Shown here: one piece after another, positions 60,822 to 64,000 of the stretch
Layout: each line of letters opens with the position of its first letter
How positions within the stretch are numbered: the stretch's first letter is position 1
Assembly (NCBI GenBank): GCA_905178155.1
Contig: CAJINV010000007.1
Coordinates: 2,337,151 to 2,401,150, forward strand
Direction of reading: 5' to 3'
Source: Amoebophrya sp. A120
Lineage: Eukaryota; Protista; Dinoflagellata
Length of the DNA: 64,000 nt
Translations under genes and position numbers: made by a program
Notes under the pieces: generated by a model
Database searches by the model: none
Seen by the model: only the letters and a program-made list of their open reading frames with translations
What the model was told of the DNA's origin: nothing

Positions 60822-63100
60822 TATGGTGGGGGCGAGAGGCATGTATGAGATTTGCGATGTATGAGCGCTCATACATCGTAAAACTCATACATCATACATC
60901 GAAGATTTGAGGAGAGCGCGACGGTTTCCGTGTGCGATGTATAATGTACCGCACATGGTCCAGTGTATGATGTACGATGTATGGGTTGTATGATGTACGA
61001 TGTATGATACGTTGTCAATGTATCATACATCGCACATCATACAACCCATACATCGTACATCATACACTGATCGCACACCAATGATTGATGTAGCATACAT
61101 TGCAAATTGGATACGTCAATGTATGATGTATGATACATTGTACATTGATGCATCATACATTGCAAATTGGATACATCAATGTACGATGTATGATACACTG
61201 TAGATTGATGTATCATACATCATACATCATACATTGATGTATCATACATCATACATTGATGCTTCATACATACATCATACATTGATGCATCATACATCAT
61301 ACGTTGATGCTTCATACATTGCGCATTGATGTATCGCACATGGCTTACATCGTACGTCATACGTCGTTACGTCATACATGGCACATCATACATGGCACGT
61401 CATACATGGCACGTCATACATGATGCATTGGTTGGATGTGTGGTGCTGCTTGCTTGGTGTTTGGTGCTGCTGCTTGATGCTGCTGCTGCTGCTTGATTGC
61501 CGCGCCGTGTGGAAGGCGAGCGACGGGCCTCGCCTGCAACTGGGAGGAACGCGCTGAAATAGCTGGCTCCTCTGCTAGCTCGAACAAACCATAAATTACA
61601 CGGCCAGTGGTCAACTCCATTTCCTCCAACTGCATCACAGAGCAACACCGGAACACTCTCTGCCCCGCGCGCCAAGAATAATTTTGCTGCGGAGCAGAAA
61701 AAATTCGATGAATTTTCATGCAGTGCGTAACTGTAACACTTTTTTTCTTCGATAATTTTGGAAAAATAATTACTGAAGAGAACGAAGCCGATCAATTTCC
61801 CTTTTTTTTTTTCTGAAAAAAAAAAGGAGCTCACTCCTCCCGTCGTATCCTCTAGTCCGTCCGGCCACCGCGATGTCCGCAGCATCTGCACACCATCGAA
61901 CTTTATTTATTTTAACTATTCTGCGAAGGAACCATACTCGAAAGGTAAGCACGCCGTCCTTGATGGTGTGCGCCAACTTCCTATTACAGAGGAAGTCGCG
62001 CCCCTGCTGGTGTGCTGAGTTTCGGCATCTTTCTGCAGATCGAATCCACTGTCCTAGAGTAGACATGATCGCGGCACGTCGTTTCAATCGTCGGAACGAT
62101 TCACCTGCATGCATCGACCATGTCATGTGCTGAAGCCCTGCACAGGCGCACACGCTTCTGGCACCAGCCCCATCCTAGTCGTTCGCTGTGCACTCTGCGC
62201 CAGGAAAGGCCGCTAGTGTGACACACCCAGGGGCCGCCCGCGTGGAGGACACGCATGCAGGACATTTTTGGCCCCCACACTACCACCCGCGACGCGCCTC
62301 ACCCTCATCGTGACGCAGCCTTAGGCGTGGGTGGGGTCGGCGGGTCTTGTCGTAAAACGTTTCCAGCGAGCGGTTGTCGTTCCGGCGTTTTGACAACCAA
62401 ACCACCAACCAAACCAGCATCCGCGAAATTTCAAAATAAAGACTTGCAAAACCCGCGAAGTTTCAAAATTTTATTTTTATTGATTTGCAAAATCCGCGAA
62501 GTTTCAATATTTTATTTCTATTGCCTAGAGAAATACACAGCAAACCAGCAAGCAAGCAGCGCACCAAGCAGCACCACGCAACCAACCAAACCACCAGACC
62601 ACACTACACCATACCCCATGTATGACGTGCCATGTATGATGTGCCATGTATGGTCTACCATGTATGATGTACCATGTATGATGTGCCATGTATGATGTAC
62701 CATGTATGATGTGCCATGTATGGTGTATGATGTATGATGTATGATGTACCTCAAGCGCAGAAGTTGCGATGTATGGTGTATGATGTATGATGTATGATGT
62801 ACCTCAAGCGCAGAATTTGCGATGTATGATGTATGATGTATGATGTACCTCAAGCGCAGAATTTGCGATGTGTGATGTATGATGTACGAGGTACATCGCA
62901 GAATTTGCGACGTATGACGTATGATGTATGATGTACGAGGTACATACGTCGCAGAATTTGCGATGTATGATGTATGACGTATGATGTACAATGTTCGAAA
63001 GGTCGTTCTCCTCAAATCTTCGATGTATGATGTATGAGTTTTACGATGTATGAGCGCTCATACATCGCAAATCTCATACATGCCTCTCGCCCCCACCATA
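60822..63100. mobile_element. Foldback-like non-autonomous TIR element (2,279 bp) inserted into the satellite
   Basis: Perfect 94-bp TIRs (60822-60915 and 63007-63100) starting TATGG. Subterminal CATACAT/ATGTATG heptamer arrays, a second inner inverted pair (~61370-61490 vs ~62540-62660) and a ~1-kb core with no transposase-like ORF. The satellite unit resumes right after 63100. Confidence 0.85.
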
Positions 63101-63307
63101 TTGGGGGGGCCCGGGTCAGGCCGGCGGGCAATACGACCAAAAACGCGTCTTGTGCAAAACACTTGCCCGATGGTAGGCGGCCCAAAGAAGGCACCCTGGG
63201 CGGGTCCCACACGAGCTACGAAAGTCAATCGATTTGATGTTCCAAAAGCCATGCGCTTACACAGCTACAGACGCAAAAAGGTACTCGCTTTGCCTGACTG
63301 ATCATGA

Positions 63308-63640
63308 GAATCCGCGAAATTTGAAAATTTTATTTTTATTGCATTTCCTCAAGGTCAAGAACAAGAGCTCGGAAGAAACAGACTGAAGTAGACGCGAAGC
63401 ACTACGTACAGCACGACGCTAAAATCATTTTTGTAGTATGTCCGTATATTTTCAGATTATGTGAAATTTAAAATTTTATTTTTTTATCCAAATTCAATGG
63501 CTCGCAGGAATTTAGGCAGTTCTACAAATTGCTCTTGTGCGCTTCGCGATTTTATCTACTTTTATAGATCCGCCTAATTTCAAAAATTTATTTTTATTGC
63601 TTTAACAAAATCGCGAAATTTTAAAATTTCATTTTTATCA
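63308..63640. repeat. AT-rich dispersed repeat (ccgcgaaatttcaaaattttatttttattgc-like)
   Basis: About 4-5 variants here and 3 more inside the foldback core at ~62420-62525. Confidence 0.65.
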
Positions 63641-63706
63641 CAGATCAAATTCGCTTTCTACTTCGATTTCATCCGTCTGACTCAAACTATGTTTCCAATA
63701 GCCTTA

Positions 63707-64000
63707 CTTTTCCCGCAAAGCCCGGCCGAATTCGACGAGATACCGATCCAAAATCCGTCTCGCTCCCTTCCTGTCGTAGTATACCGTCTCTTCCACCTTC
63801 AGCAGCAGTGCTGATAGCACCGCCGCCGCACAGTGGTGTGAGGAGAGGTTCGGCTCGGTGAGCAAGTGACTCAAGTCCACGATCAGTCGGACGGGCGGTG
63901 TGCCCTGTTTATAGTAGCGGATGAAATCCGCGTAAACCGCCGGCTCAGAGTGCGCACAGGCGCAGTTGAACGAGAAGGAATGGGCACTGTAGTCGGTCGT
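63707..64000 (-). CDS. Partial exon running off the window; probably an upstream exon of the DUF3431-like gene
   Basis: Only one minus frame is open from 64000 (TTDYSAHSFSFNCACAHSEPAVYADFIRYYKQG…RRILDRYLVEFGRALREK). It is missing from the ORF track because it lacks an early start codon. Confidence 0.6.

Noticed and set aside
58317-60864. Many long ORFs (up to 373 aa) on both strands of the satellite
   Set aside because: Products of a GC-rich ~208-bp repeat whose unit length varies and is not a fixed multiple of 3; the same peptides recur in different frames.

Overview
Eukaryotic, intron-containing DNA. Every credible gene is on the minus strand. The one-strand gene block, dinoflagellate-type CCCH motif and non-GT-AG introns bounded by inverted plus direct repeats point to a parasitic dinoflagellate (Syndiniales, Amoebophrya-like); this taxon call is inference. 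Genes I could rebuild by hand: a twin-CCCH zinc-finger protein, mannose-6-phosphate isomerase, a very large midasin/Rea1 (~7,180 aa), a divergent and possibly secreted protein kinase, a coiled-coil protein and a DUF3431-like protein. Seven ORF-track fragments between 45.7 and 55.3 kb, plus short exons the track misses, splice into one ~2,196-aa protein with the order AT-ACP-KS-ACP-(MetE/epoxyalkane:CoM-transferase-like Zn domain)-unknown-flavin monooxygenase. Eleven 150-416 bp MITE-like 'introner' insertions interrupt coding frames. Each has TIRs (nearly all starting TAT[C/G]) and a 5-bp direct repeat. Removing element + 5 bp restores the frame every time, and none can be GT-AG. One family occurs in both orientations in the same gene, and otherwise different families share an internal GCAT[G/T/C]ACAA motif. 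The right end holds a ~208-bp satellite interrupted by a 2.3-kb foldback element with perfect 94-bp TIRs, probably inside one ~5.4-kb intron. All exon models come from reading the sequence; no RNA evidence or database search was available.
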